Shown here in pieces: positions 1 to 10,828 of a stretch of DNA of 55,025 nt. The translations under genes were made by a program, and so were the position numbers. The DNA is from Minisyncoccota bacterium (GTDB taxonomy: Bacteria; Patescibacteriota; Minisyncoccia; Phycocordibacterales; CAJQIN01). Positions within the stretch are counted from its first letter, which is position 1; every line of letters starts with the position of its first letter. Under the pieces are notes generated by a model. The model was not told where the DNA came from. It did not search any database and saw nothing but the letters and a program-made list of their open reading frames with translations. The stretch lies in NCBI GenBank assembly GCA_905478465.1, contig CAJQIN010000017.1, forward strand, positions 1 to 55,025, in the 5' to 3' direction.

Positions 1-1
1 T

Positions 2-1531
2 GGTACCACAGCCACCGATCACTCAGGTAATGGAAACACTGGAACACTAACTAACATGGATGCTGCCACTGACTGGGTTTCTGGAAAGAAAGGCGGGGCG
101 CTTGATTTTGATGGGAGTAATGATTATGTGAGTGTCTCTGACAACAATCTTGTTCGCGGAAGATCGGTACTCACGTTCTCTAGTTGGTTCAAAATAGATC
201 CATCGGCAAGTGTTATAAGATTTTTAGTTGAAAAAGGTGAAAATTCTTATTTTTCTTTAGAAGCATATAGTAGTCTTTCTCCAAATTTTTATATAAATAA
301 TACACTAGCGGCATCATATGGAGTTCTCCAAAAAGATATTTGGTATAATTTGGTACTCACTCTAGATGGTGCAACTGCAAAAGGATATCTTAATGGTGTG
401 GAAGTAGATTCGAGAAGTTTTTCGACTACTGTTCCAGATAACTCAAATGATATTACTATAGGGGCTCGTATTTTAGGAGCTAATGCTGGGTACTTTAACG
501 GCCTCATCGACGACGTCCGCATATACGACACCACCCTCTCCGCCACAGAAATCCAAGCTATATACAATGAAAACCAAGTAACAATCAACGCCTCCCAAAA
601 CAACAAACTGACCGACGGACTCGTTGGTCTGTGGAGTTTTGATGGGCAAGATGTTGCAATTGTTGAGGGAGTTGGAGGAGGTGGTTATGTTGTTTCAGGT
701 GCGGGTAATGTTACATACAACGGAACGTATCTTGAAAGCGGAACTCTTAATGGTCAACCGAGATATCGTCTTGATGATACTCATTGGCTTGCTTATCTTG
801 CTGATTATGGATTTGAGAATTGGTTTCTTGCACCAGACCAAACTTTAACTGATTACCCTTCATATATTTCTGATGATAATACAATTCTTGGCTCGTGGGA
901 AGAGCTAGCTGAGTCTGGCGCACCTACTGTTCTTGAGGCGGGTGGTAGTAGTTCCGCCACCACCTACGACCGCTCAGGTCAAGGAAATGACGGAACCCTC
1001 ACCAACGGACCAACACCAGACAGAGGTATTATTGGTCAGGGTATGAGATTTGATGGGGTGGATGATTATGTTTTGGTGTCAAATAGTACATCTCTTAATC
1101 CATCACATATTACAATGAGTGCGTGGGTAAAGGTAAATAAAACAACAGATTTACAGACTGTTGTTGTTAAACAAAATGAACCAGTAGGCCAATATTTTAT
1201 ACGTATAGACGACGGGCAAATAGGAGGAGGTATTCACACTGGTGTATGGTCTTTTGTACTTGATAGTGACATTGTGCAAATTGGTACTTGGTATCACATT
1301 GTTGTTACTTATGATGGAAGTAATATTCGTCTCTATAAAAACAGTATCCTCATTGATACTGAGCCAAAAACAGGAGACATGAGTACTACTGTCGGGGGTA
1401 TGGGAATTGGACAGTGGTACTCATTTAATACGCATTACCTAGATGGAAATATAGACGACGTTCGAATATACAACTATTCCCTCTCTGCTATTGAAGTAAA
1501 TAGATTATATAAGTTAGGGGCTAGGGAGTAG
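2..1531 (+). CDS. LamG/concanavalin A-like repeat surface protein, 5'-truncated by window edge
   Basis: Frame is open from position 2 into the ORF at 56. Two LamG_3-type repeats (ALDFDGSNDYV...WYNLVLT...FNGLIDDVRIY; MRFDGVDDYV...WYHIVVTYDG...GNIDDVRIYN). Confidence 0.85.
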   Translation, partial: GTTATDHSGNGNTGTLTNMDAATDWVSGKKGGALDFDGSNDYVSVSDNNLVRGRSVLTFSSWFKIDPSASVIRFLVEKGENSYFSLEAYSSLSPNFYINNTLAASYGVLQKDIWYNLVLTLDGATAKGYLNGVEVDSRSFSTTVPDNSNDITIGARILGANAGYFNGLIDDVRIYDTTLSATEIQAIYNENQVTINASQNNKLTDGLVGLWSFDGQDVAIVEGVGGGGYVVSGAGNVTYNGTYLESGTLNGQPRYRLDDTHWLAYLADYGFENWFLAPDQTLTDYPSYISDDNTILGSWEELAESGAPTVLEAGGSSSATTYDRSGQGNDGTLTNGPTPDRGIIGQGMRFDGVDDYVLVSNSTSLNPSHITMSAWVKVNKTTDLQTVVVKQNEPVGQYFIRIDDGQIGGGIHTGVWSFVLDSDIVQIGTWYHIVVTYDGSNIRLYKNSILIDTEPKTGDMSTTVGGMGIGQWYSFNTHYLDGNIDDVRIYNYSLSAIEVNRLYKLGARE

Positions 1532-1571
1532 GTATTCATAAATAAATATTTGTTCGTGGTATACTTTTTTT

Positions 1572-3083
1572 ATGAAAAATAAACAAGTTGTTTTAATTGT
1601 TCTTGACGGGTGGGGATATCGAGAAGATCCACAAGACAATGCTGTTTTAGCTGCTAATACCCCGTTTTTTGACTCAATGTGGGCAAAGTATCCACATACT
1701 ATTTTAAATGCTTCAGGGCTTGCTGTGGGGCTTCCGGAAGGACAGATGGGGAATAGTGAGGTGGGACATACAACCATCGGTGCGGGAACAGTAGTTAATA
1801 CAGATTTAGTACGAATTAATAGATCTATAGCAGAGGGTGATTTTGGAAAGAACGCTATTCTCCAAAAAATGTTCTCACATGTAAAAGAACATAATTCAAC
1901 ATTGCATATACAAGGATTGCTAAGTTCTGGCGGAATACATTCACACTCCAAACATTTGCATGAGGTGTTACGAGAGGCAAAAAAGGCAGGTGTAAAAAAA
2001 ATTGCTATTCATGTATTTACAGATGGAAGAGATACATCACCAACGAGTGGTTCAGAGTACTTGAAGGAGTTAGAGGATTTAATTATGGAGCTTGGTGTCG
2101 GATATATTGCGTCAATATCTGGACGTTTTTATGCAATGGATAGGGATAAGCATTGGGAAAGGATTGAAAAAACAGAAGATGTAGTTTTTGAAGGGGAGGG
2201 TGATAGTTGTAGTACAAAAAAACCTTCTGCATATATACAGGACATGTATGCAAAAGAAATAACTGATGAATATATTGTGCCAGTTATTTTTCCAGATACA
2301 GAAGGAAAAGTGTATAAGGTTGAGAAAAATGATGCTTTATTTTTTGTGAATTTTAGAGCAGATAGGGCGCGTCAACTTACCGAACGATCTATCGAGCGTA
2401 TACAAGGAAAAAATGTTTATTTTGCTACTATGACAAAGTATTCAAGTGCTCTTGAAACAGAAGTTGTATTTCCTGATGTTGACATATCCCAAACCCTTGG
2501 GAGAGTTGTGTCAGATGCCAGGCTTAAGCAGTCTCGTATTGCAGAAACAGAAAAATATGCGCATGCCACATATTTCCTTAATGGGGGAAGGGAAGAGCCG
2601 TACAGTGGAGAATCAGACGTTCTTCTGCCGAGTAGGCGTGATGTGGATACTCATGATAAGGCACCAAAAATGCGTGCAGAAGGTATCGCAGATGCTGCAC
2701 TTACTGAGCTAGATAAAGGCCAGGATTTTATCTTTATAAATTTTGCGAATCCTGATATGGTAGGACATACGGGAAATGTACCTGCTATTATTGAGGCCGT
2801 GGAAGAAGCCGACAGGCAGTGTAAACGAGTTGTTGAACGTTTACTTGAAAGAGGGGGAGTTGCTTTTATAACAGCAGATCATGGAAATGCAGAGGTGAAT
2901 AAGGATGAGAATGGAAATCCTCATACATCACATACTACAAATCCAGTGCCGGCTATTGTTACAGACCTAAAGGTCTCTCTGTTAGATGGTGGAGGTTTGT
3001 CAGATATTGCACCTACTATTATTGAAATAATGAACCTTAAAAAGCCTGCTGAAATGAAGGGAGAAAGTTTGTTGACGAAGTAG
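1572..3083 (+). CDS. gpmI: 2,3-bisphosphoglycerate-independent phosphoglycerate mutase
   Basis: LIVLDGWG, GQMGNSEVGH, GRFYAMDRD, AETEKYAH, NPDMVGHTG, TADHGNAE motifs. Confidence 0.97.
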   Translation: MKNKQVVLIVLDGWGYREDPQDNAVLAANTPFFDSMWAKYPHTILNASGLAVGLPEGQMGNSEVGHTTIGAGTVVNTDLVRINRSIAEGDFGKNAILQKMFSHVKEHNSTLHIQGLLSSGGIHSHSKHLHEVLREAKKAGVKKIAIHVFTDGRDTSPTSGSEYLKELEDLIMELGVGYIASISGRFYAMDRDKHWERIEKTEDVVFEGEGDSCSTKKPSAYIQDMYAKEITDEYIVPVIFPDTEGKVYKVEKNDALFFVNFRADRARQLTERSIERIQGKNVYFATMTKYSSALETEVVFPDVDISQTLGRVVSDARLKQSRIAETEKYAHATYFLNGGREEPYSGESDVLLPSRRDVDTHDKAPKMRAEGIADAALTELDKGQDFIFINFANPDMVGHTGNVPAIIEAVEEADRQCKRVVERLLERGGVAFITADHGNAEVNKDENGNPHTSHTTNPVPAIVTDLKVSLLDGGGLSDIAPTIIEIMNLKKPAEMKGESLLTK

Positions 3084-3152
3084 ATAAAGTCTGTTAAAGT
3101 ATAATTTGAACAGTATGTTATTTTAATTTTTTGTATCGAAAGGGGTACAACA

Positions 3153-3524
3153 TTGGGTAATTGCGTGGTATTTGGTATTTTATTGGGTTCATGTAAAAAG
3201 ATACTAGATAATGATAATCATCGATTAGTATCAGTTAATGAGATTGGTAAAATTCGAGAAGGATTTGGAGTTGTTAATGTGTCAAATATATCAGAACTTG
3301 CTCGGATAGCCAGTCACTTGTATTCGAAAGGATCAGGATGTGTCAGAGTTGTCTATTCAGGAGAACTTACTGATGAGGAAAAAAAACTACTTGAGCACGT
3401 TAGACTGAATTACAAGAATTCTCTTCTGTGGTTAATACGAGAGATTTCCGCAGGTGATGATGAAATTTTTTGTGCCCAAGTTCTTGGTGTGCTTCAGACA
3501 CAATTTGCAGCTATTGCCAGTTAA
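3153..3524 (+). CDS. hypothetical protein
   Basis: 123-aa ORF with TTG start preceded by AAGGGG, fills the gap, followed by a terminator hairpin; no recognised motif. Confidence 0.55.
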   Translation: MGNCVVFGILLGSCKKILDNDNHRLVSVNEIGKIREGFGVVNVSNISELARIASHLYSKGSGCVRVVYSGELTDEEKKLLEHVRLNYKNSLLWLIREISAGDDEIFCAQVLGVLQTQFAAIAS

Positions 3525-3548
3525 TTTGTATTAAGGATACACATGAAC

Positions 3549-3579
3549 GCGCCTGGGATAAATTCCCAGGTGTTTTTTT
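3549..3579 (+). terminator. Rho-independent terminator
   Basis: GCGCCTGGGA-TAAAT-TCCCAGGTGT followed by T-run. Confidence 0.75.
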
Positions 3580-3605
3580 ATACAAAATGAGGTAAATTAT
3601 CTAAT

Positions 3606-4253
3606 ATGAATATGCAGGATAATATAATACTCATAGATAAACCTAAAGGTGTCACTTCTTTTGACTGTATTCGTATTTTACGTAAAGAGCTTGGTATCAA
3701 AAAAATGGGACATGCTGGTACGCTCGATCCACAAGCTACAGGTCTTATGATTATTGGTATTGAAAAAGGTACAAAAAAACTCAATGATTATTTGAAACTT
3801 TCAAAGACATACGAAGCTACAATATTATTGGGTATAAAAACAGATTCAGGCGATTTAGAAGGGAATGTTCTTGAAGAGATTAATTTAGAAGATGGTAATT
3901 TTTCTAAAAAGAAGATTGAAGATGCTGTTGCTGTATTGGTAGGAGAAAATGAGTTGGCGGTACCTATATATTCAGCCATAAAAAGAGGAGGAAAACCTTT
4001 GTATGAGTATGCACGGAAAGGTCTAGAAGTTGAAATACCTATAAAAAAGATGACAGTTTTAGATGCAAATGTTTTGTCTGTGGATTTTCCGTATATAAAG
4101 GTATTTTTTAATGTAGAAAGTGGTGTATATATTCGCTCTTTAGTTGAGGAGTTTGGAAAAACTCTTGGTGTACCCGCTGTATTATCAGATTTACGTCGTA
4201 CTAGTATTGGTAAATTTAACGTAGAAGGTGCACGAAAAATACCTATGTTATAA
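3606..4253 (+). CDS. truB: tRNA pseudouridine(55) synthase, short form
   Basis: DKPKGVTS, GHAGTLDPQATG, YSAIKRGGKPLYEYAR, SGVYIRSL. Confidence 0.95.
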   Translation: MNMQDNIILIDKPKGVTSFDCIRILRKELGIKKMGHAGTLDPQATGLMIIGIEKGTKKLNDYLKLSKTYEATILLGIKTDSGDLEGNVLEEINLEDGNFSKKKIEDAVAVLVGENELAVPIYSAIKRGGKPLYEYARKGLEVEIPIKKMTVLDANVLSVDFPYIKVFFNVESGVYIRSLVEEFGKTLGVPAVLSDLRRTSIGKFNVEGARKIPML

Positions 4254-4280
4254 TAAAATAGTTACTATAATTTAATATAT

Positions 4281-5291
4281 ATGGATATTGAAAGTTTAAA
4301 ACAAATAGCATCAAAAATGATGCAGAAAGGAAAAGGGATTTTGGCACTCGATGAGAGTCAGAAAACTGCAGGTAAAAGACTTGAATCTATTGGTGTAGAA
4401 AATACAGAAGAAAATAGACGAAAGTATCGTGATCTGTTTTTAAATACAGTAGATATCGAATCGTATGTTAGTGGTGTTATTTTGCATGAAGAAACCCTTT
4501 TTCAATCAAATGCTGATGGTGTATTATTTATGAAAGTTTTAGAAGAAAAAGGTATTATTCCTGGAATAAAAGTTGATAAGGGTGCGGTAGACTTTCCTGG
4601 ATTTCCTGAAGAAAAAATTACAGAAGGATTAGACGGATTACGTGACCGTCTTAAAGCATACTACAACCAGGGTGCACGTTTTGCGAAATGGCGAGCAGTT
4701 ATTTCTATTGGAGATGGTCTCCCTACACCAGAGTGTATTCATACGAATACCACTATACTGGCTCGATATGCACGTTTGTGTCAGGAAGAAGGTTTGGTAC
4801 CTGTGGTAGAGCCTGAGGTTCTTTTGTCTGGTACTCATACACTGGAACAGTCTGAGAAAGTAACTACTGAAGTACTACAAACACTTTTTTATCAACTTGA
4901 TCGTTATCGTGTGAATCTCGAGGCGGTTATTTTAAAAACAAGTATGGTTTTGCCAGGAGATAAGAGTGGAATTATCGTTACTCCAGAACGTATAGCAGAA
5001 GCTACAGTACAAATGCTCAAAAAAAGTGTGCCAGATAATATCCCTGGAGTCGTATTTCTTTCTGGTGGGCAAGGTGTTATTTCAGCCACAGAACACTTAG
5101 ATGCGATTGCTGATTTGGAACCATTTCCTTGGGAGATTGCATTTTCGTATGCTCGGGCAATACAAGCTCCAGCACTTAAGGTGTGGCAAGGACAAGAAAG
5201 TAATATAGAAGAAGCACAGCATGAATTTATTAAAAGACTTTCTATGAATGTGGCAGCAGATGCTGGTGTATATACAAAAGAACTAGAATAA
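4281..5291 (+). CDS. class I fructose-bisphosphate aldolase
   Basis: GKGILALDES, GIKVDKG, ARFAKWRAV, VEPEVL, LKTSMV, FLSGGQ, FSYARA. Confidence 0.95.
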   Translation: MDIESLKQIASKMMQKGKGILALDESQKTAGKRLESIGVENTEENRRKYRDLFLNTVDIESYVSGVILHEETLFQSNADGVLFMKVLEEKGIIPGIKVDKGAVDFPGFPEEKITEGLDGLRDRLKAYYNQGARFAKWRAVISIGDGLPTPECIHTNTTILARYARLCQEEGLVPVVEPEVLLSGTHTLEQSEKVTTEVLQTLFYQLDRYRVNLEAVILKTSMVLPGDKSGIIVTPERIAEATVQMLKKSVPDNIPGVVFLSGGQGVISATEHLDAIADLEPFPWEIAFSYARAIQAPALKVWQGQESNIEEAQHEFIKRLSMNVAADAGVYTKELE

Positions 5292-5294
5292 TTT

Positions 5295-5981
5295 TTATTT
5301 GTTAGAGTGTAAATTCTCTCTCTTGTCGATAATCCCATCTGAAATATGAATTAATCTATCTGCATATTTACTATATTCATTTTCATGGGTCACCATTACG
5401 ATAGTTTGACCTTTTTTATGTAAACTAGAAAGGAGTGACATGATGTTTTGAGCCGATTCAGCATCAAGATTTGCAGTGGGTTCATCTGCGAATAGAATTT
5501 TTGGTTCATGTGCAATAGCACGAGAAACACTTACGCGTTGTTGCTCACCTCCTGACATTTGGTTTGGCAGGTTTCCAGATTTATCTACAATCTCTACTTC
5601 ATTTAAGTAATGTAGGGCTTTTTCGTATGCTGTTTGTTTTGTCATTCCTTGCATAATTAACGGTATCATTATGTTTTCTGCAGCGGTTAATTCAGGAATA
5701 AGGGCATAATCTTGGAATACGTAACCCATGTTTTGTAATCGAAATGAGACACGTTCTTTGTAGGATAAGTTTTCAGTAGGTGTACCATTGATAGTAATAT
5801 CACCAGATGTTTGAGTATCAAGAAGACTCATCTGATATAGGAGAGTGCTTTTTCCGGCACCTGAGCGTCCCATTATAGAAACAAATTCACCTTTTTGGAT
5901 ATGTAGATCTATGCCACGTAATACCTTTGTTTCAATAGGTCCGTTGATATATGTTTTATATAAATTTTTTACTTTAATCAT
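5295..5981 (-). CDS. ABC transporter ATP-binding protein (LolD/MacB-type)
   Basis: Walker A GRSGAGKS, signature MSGGEQQR, ADEPTANLD, VTHE. Confidence 0.93.
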   Translation of the reverse strand: MIKVKNLYKTYINGPIETKVLRGIDLHIQKGEFVSIMGRSGAGKSTLLYQMSLLDTQTSGDITINGTPTENLSYKERVSFRLQNMGYVFQDYALIPELTAAENIMIPLIMQGMTKQTAYEKALHYLNEVEIVDKSGNLPNQMSGGEQQRVSVSRAIAHEPKILFADEPTANLDAESAQNIMSLLSSLHKKGQTIVMVTHENEYSKYADRLIHISDGIIDKRENLHSNK

Positions 5982-5986
5982 AATAG

Positions 5987-7237
5987 TTAGTTTCTTCCTA
6001 ATATAGAGTCAAGTGTATTTTTTCTAATAATCATGCGAGAAGGAAGATATCCTGCTATAACTGTGATAATTATAAGTAATGTTGCACTTCCAAGAGTTTC
6101 AGTTAGGGGTGCGACAAGAATACCATCACTAAATGTAAAGTTAATAGGATGTGCTGCAAAATAAGGAACTAGAATTATCTGAAGTATTGAAAAACCTATA
6201 ACTGCTCCAATGATGGCATAGAAGAATGATTGAAATATATAGGAAATTTCAATAGCTGTTCCGTTAATGCCAATTCCTTTTAAAATACCTATGAATTTTT
6301 GTCTTGTAAGGGCATTAATAAAGATAACAATAAATACTGTAATAGAAGCTACCGCAAGTCCAATATAACTAATAATATTTCCAAGTAGCTTGAATGTAGC
6401 TTTCATGTCTTTGAGAAATTTTGGTTGAGCATCTTCAAATGTTTGTACCTTAGCGTCTTTTTCTGAAATACCACTTGCAATAAGTGCTTTTTTTACAAGA
6501 ATAGGATCAGCATCACCTGTGAGTTTAATAGATATCTCATTAATGTTAGTTTGTCCGATAAGGTTTTTAAATTGTTTTTCAGGAAAAAATACCCGTCTAT
6601 CAATCTCATCAACCTTACTTTTCAAAATACCTTTTACTGTAACTTCGCGTACAGCACCGTTTATTTCAATGCGTACTTTCGATCCTACATATACATTTTT
6701 TAATGTGCTGAATAATTCTGATTCAAAATCAAGATATCGGTCAATGAGAAGCGCACCAATAATTACTTGATCAAAATCATCTACATCTAGATACTCTCCT
6801 TCAATAAGAAGTTTACTCAACCCCGTTGTCTGGTCTTCTGCTATGGGATCTATGCCGGCAAAAGATGTGCTCACTTCTTCTGGAATATCTGTTTCTTTTA
6901 TTCTCTCTTTGTAATTAGATTCAATAATTCCTCCTGAAGTATATCTGGGACTTATAAAAGAAACTTCCGGTATAGAATTTACAATATTAATAATATCGGG
7001 ACTCCCTTCAATGAATGTTTTTTCTCTGGGTGTAATGATAATAATATCTCCTGTGTAATGTTCTTTTGTATTTTGGATAGCTCCCTCAAGAAGACCTACT
7101 AAAATTCCACTGATCACTACTAGGTTTAAAAAGGTAAGTATCATTATGGATATGATAAGTCCTGTGGTCCATAGACTTGAACGGCGGAGTTGTCGTATTG
7201 CTAGGAAAAAACCAACTCTAAGATTTGATAAAAACAT
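5987..7237 (-). CDS. ABC transporter permease (MacB/FtsX/LolC-E type)
   Basis: N-terminal TM, large extracellular loop, three C-terminal TMs, IGILKGIG motif; operon with the ATPase. Confidence 0.88.
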   Translation of the reverse strand: MFLSNLRVGFFLAIRQLRRSSLWTTGLIISIMILTFLNLVVISGILVGLLEGAIQNTKEHYTGDIIIITPREKTFIEGSPDIINIVNSIPEVSFISPRYTSGGIIESNYKERIKETDIPEEVSTSFAGIDPIAEDQTTGLSKLLIEGEYLDVDDFDQVIIGALLIDRYLDFESELFSTLKNVYVGSKVRIEINGAVREVTVKGILKSKVDEIDRRVFFPEKQFKNLIGQTNINEISIKLTGDADPILVKKALIASGISEKDAKVQTFEDAQPKFLKDMKATFKLLGNIISYIGLAVASITVFIVIFINALTRQKFIGILKGIGINGTAIEISYIFQSFFYAIIGAVIGFSILQIILVPYFAAHPINFTFSDGILVAPLTETLGSATLLIIITVIAGYLPSRMIIRKNTLDSILGRN

Positions 7238-7242
7238 AAGAG

Positions 7243-8706
7243 TTATTTATTTTGAGGATTGAGAAGTATTGAATCTCCCGCATTAAGACCGTTTAATATT
7301 TCTGTATTTCCATGAGAATCATTTTTTCCTATCATGACATCTTTTTTTTGTGTTTTTTTAGAAACCATGTCATAGGTGTATACATAAGTATTAGAATCCT
7401 CTTTGATAAGTGACCGAGTTGGTATCATCAAAACATTATCTCTTTTGTCTGTAATTATAGAGATGTCAGCTGTCATACCAGAACGTATTCGTGAATCTTC
7501 TGTGTCAAAATAGAACGTTGTTTTGTATGTAGAAATACCGTCTCGGATAGTTTCTATTGGGTCTATGGTAATCAGGTTTGCATAGAATATATCTGTTTCG
7601 TCATATGCATCAAAAATCATTTCTGCTCTTTGTTCGGGCATTATTTTTGCAATATAAACTTCAGGAACGTAGGCTTCTAATTTTAGTCCTTCTAAGCTAA
7701 TCATAGAAACAAGTTCTGTTCCAGAGCTCGCTATCTCACCAATTTGTGCATTTTGTACGGTGATGATTCCATCAAAAGGTGCGCGGATAATTGTTTTTGA
7801 GAGTTCTACTTGGTAGCCTTCAACACTTGCTTCAGCAGAAGTTATTTTACTTTGTTGTAGAGGTATTTTAGAACTTACTATTCTTAGAGACTCCTCTGCG
7901 GTGATTATGTTTGATAGGGCAGTTTGTACGGTATTTCTTGCTGTCGCTATGTCGCTTTTGAAAGATTCTCTGGTGCTAGTTGAAAGGTATGATTCAGCTG
8001 TATAAGAATTTACAGCGTTTGAAATGTTATCAAGAAAAGTAATTATATTAGAAATATCAGATTTTATTTTGATTACTGTATTTTCTGTAAAATTTTGTAC
8101 AGAAAGTGTACGAACAAGAGTTTCTAGATTCGAAAGTAACATCTGTACCTCACGACGTTTTGTATTGAGTTCTTCTTTGGCATCTAGATTTCCAAGAGCA
8201 AAAGATATTTTAGGATTAGCTGATTGTGGGTTTTCATAGAGAGGGTCAACATTGTTACGTATTGCATTATCTATTGAAGTAAATGAGTCTTGCAGGGTAG
8301 CAATCATTGATTCTTTTGCGTTGGTGAATTCCGTGGGGACACCTGAGGCATTTTTTGTGTATAGATCGTCTAGAGTAGTTACTTCTGACTGAAGATCAGC
8401 TTGTGCTTTGGAAAGATCAGAAATGATACCTGAGGAATCAATTTCAACAAGAGGATCTCCTTTTGATACGTGGTCTCCTGTTTCTGTGTACACATTATAA
8501 ATTTTTCCGCTTGTCTCAAAACCTAGATGCGCATCTCTAATAGGAGCAACTTTTCCTGAAACCTCGACGTTTTGTTCGAATGTCTTTAAGGAAACACTAA
8601 TTATTGTGCCATCTGTGTGAGTATTTGAGAATATCTTATATGCAGTATATCCCGTTAGACTTATTATAAGAATAACTAAAATAATAAAGACCTTTTTTTT
8701 AATCAT
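7243..8706 (-). CDS. efflux membrane-fusion/periplasmic adaptor (HlyD/MacA-like)
   Basis: N-terminal anchor, lipoyl motifs (GDHVSKGDPLV; IRAPFDGII), long coiled coil, RSGMTA, ILNGLNAGD. Confidence 0.88.
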   Translation of the reverse strand: MIKKKVFIILVILIISLTGYTAYKIFSNTHTDGTIISVSLKTFEQNVEVSGKVAPIRDAHLGFETSGKIYNVYTETGDHVSKGDPLVEIDSSGIISDLSKAQADLQSEVTTLDDLYTKNASGVPTEFTNAKESMIATLQDSFTSIDNAIRNNVDPLYENPQSANPKISFALGNLDAKEELNTKRREVQMLLSNLETLVRTLSVQNFTENTVIKIKSDISNIITFLDNISNAVNSYTAESYLSTSTRESFKSDIATARNTVQTALSNIITAEESLRIVSSKIPLQQSKITSAEASVEGYQVELSKTIIRAPFDGIITVQNAQIGEIASSGTELVSMISLEGLKLEAYVPEVYIAKIMPEQRAEMIFDAYDETDIFYANLITIDPIETIRDGISTYKTTFYFDTEDSRIRSGMTADISIITDKRDNVLMIPTRSLIKEDSNTYVYTYDMVSKKTQKKDVMIGKNDSHGNTEILNGLNAGDSILLNPQNK

Positions 8707-8746
8707 TACCCTTTATTATACCGCAGTTAAAAGATTCTTTCAAAAA

Positions 8747-9013
8747 TTATTTTTTATGCTTAAGAGTATAGTTTTTTTGAATATAAATAGCGTCTTTGCG
8801 AACCCCTTCAAGTAAACGTGCTTCCATACTTTCAGGATCTGTCTCTTGTATTTTTTCTTCAATAAAACCAATTATAGTAGCAAGACTTGCAAAATAATCA
8901 CCGGTTTTGATATGAAAATCTCGACGAGTATCATCATCACGATTCATTTCGTCTCGAAAAAATCTAGAAGTAATTCTGGTTGAGTATGTTCGTAAGTATT
9001 TTCTAATAGCCAT
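8747..9013 (-). CDS. hypothetical protein
   Basis: 88-aa ORF directly downstream of radC on the same strand. Confidence 0.65.
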   Translation of the reverse strand: MAIRKYLRTYSTRITSRFFRDEMNRDDDTRRDFHIKTGDYFASLATIIGFIEEKIQETDPESMEARLLEGVRKDAIYIQKNYTLKHKK

Positions 9014-9031
9014 AAAATAAAAAAATAATAT

Positions 9032-9769
9032 TTATAAGTGATAATTTACAGGAATACTTTTGTATGAATCTTTGGTGACAACTATGTGGTCGATGAGGTC
9101 AATCCCTAAGGTTGTACCTGCTTGAATAAGTTGTTCTGTGATACTTACATCCGCTTCGGAAGGATCTATATTACCAGATGGATGATTATGTACAAGTATT
9201 ACTGCAGCTGCTGCATATTCAATTGCGGGACGAAACACTTCTCTCGGGTGTACGATGCTTGAATCAAGCGTACCAATTGAGATAACTTCGTCATGAATTA
9301 CTTTATAGTGACTATTTAGATAAATACCACGTAGGTATTCTTTACTTAATCCATGCATATCTTTCGTGTGTTCGTAAACCTCTTTTGCCGTACGTATAAT
9401 GGGTGCGGTAAGGTTATCGTTTGAAAAAAATCTTCTACCTAGTTCTCCGCAAGCCACAATCTGACTAGCTTTTCCTTGTGGGATATCAAGGTGTTTCGCA
9501 AGCGTAGATACATTTTTTTGACTCAAAATACTTTTTTCTCCATATTCTCTAATAATACGGGTACTCATAGACATAACCTCTTCTTTCTTTGTTCCTGTGC
9601 CCAGTATAATTGCTAGTAGTTCTTGTATTGATAGGTGGCTAGGACCGTGTGCAATAAGTTTCTCTCGGGGTTTTTCATTTGTAGGAAGATCACGCACTCT
9701 AAGTGTGTAGCGTGGATCCTTACTATCTAGTAGAAACATTTCTCTTTTAAGAATGTAACGAGTTTGCAT
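9032..9769 (-). CDS. radC: RadC/UPF0758 JAB-domain protein
   Basis: PREKL, ELLAIILGTG, VHPREVF, HNHPSG, DHIVV. Confidence 0.93.
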   Translation of the reverse strand: MQTRYILKREMFLLDSKDPRYTLRVRDLPTNEKPREKLIAHGPSHLSIQELLAIILGTGTKKEEVMSMSTRIIREYGEKSILSQKNVSTLAKHLDIPQGKASQIVACGELGRRFFSNDNLTAPIIRTAKEVYEHTKDMHGLSKEYLRGIYLNSHYKVIHDEVISIGTLDSSIVHPREVFRPAIEYAAAAVILVHNHPSGNIDPSEADVSITEQLIQAGTTLGIDLIDHIVVTKDSYKSIPVNYHL

Positions 9770-9828
9770 ATCATTATTAAGTGTATCACGGGGATTTATC
9801 TTCTGTGTATTTAAACTGTGGAAATCTA

Positions 9829-9864
9829 ATTAACGTATCTTGTATGCTTACAAGATACGTTAAT
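9829..9864. terminator. perfect 16-bp inverted repeat, probable terminator of the M15 peptidase gene
   Basis: ATTAACGTATCTTGTA-TGCT-TACAAGATACGTTAAT, immediately past the stop at 9867. Confidence 0.6.
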
Positions 9865-9866
9865 AT

Positions 9867-10740
9867 TTAATCAAACATCTCAACAAGATATTCATCTATT
9901 TCACGCTGATCTAGGTCATAGAAATGAAGATTTTTTCTGTGTAAATATGTTGCCAAGTTTTTTCCCACAAAACGCCAATGCCAAGGTTCGTATTGATAAT
10001 AGGCATTTCCTTCTGGATAAGAAAGTGTAAATCCGTATTTGTGAGCGTTGGCAAGCATCCATTCGTAGGCATATGAAGTAGCAAAAGATGTATACGAACC
10101 ACTTAATTCTTTTGTTGTCAGGTCTATTGTTGTACCTAGTTGGTGCTCAGAGTATCCCTGGTCTGCTGAAAAAGTGTTGGCACCTGATCCATACGATACA
10201 GCATAAGAAGATTTAAGATTTGTTTGTTCGTCGAAAGATCGAAAAGCAGAAATTATTTGTAAATCTACGTTGTCATCTTCTGCTTCATCAATCATGTCTT
10301 TCAAGAAAGGCCATGTATTTGAATGGATATATTGTTCTTGTTCTCTAGAGTCATCAATATATTTATCGCTTATTTTTCGAAGTTTTTCTGGTTGATAGTG
10401 TTCATTAAGAAAATATACTTTTGAATATTTTTGTAGAAGTTCTTTGTCTGTGTTTTGAATTTTAACAATAATCCCAAGAACATCTTCGGCTTCTTGAACT
10501 CGTTCTTCAAGATCGTTATTACGTTCCTGCTCTCTTTGAAAAGCTTCATGAAGAAAAGTAATGTCATGTTCTTTCTGGGTAAGAGTAGATTCTGTGTTTA
10601 GGATTATATCGTTAAGTGTTTGTATTTCAGAAATATTATTTTTATGTGTCGTATAGAAAAGATACCCAAGAACACCGGAAGTTCCTAGTAAAATAATTAT
10701 GATACTTATCGTTATTTTTAGCTGCATTTCTTTTGACATG
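9867..10740 (-). CDS. membrane-anchored D-Ala-D-Ala carboxypeptidase (VanY/M15B) with coiled-coil stalk
   Basis: SAFRS, SEHQLGTTID, YEPWHWRFVG; N-terminal TM. Start uncertain (near 10740, or 10805 as in the ORF track). Confidence 0.88.
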
Positions 10741-10828
10741 GTGTGTATTTTAACACAGAAACATAAATGTTTTTTATTGGATATTTCAGAATCTGATTTT
10801 GACATTACTCATGATAGTATAAGTATCT

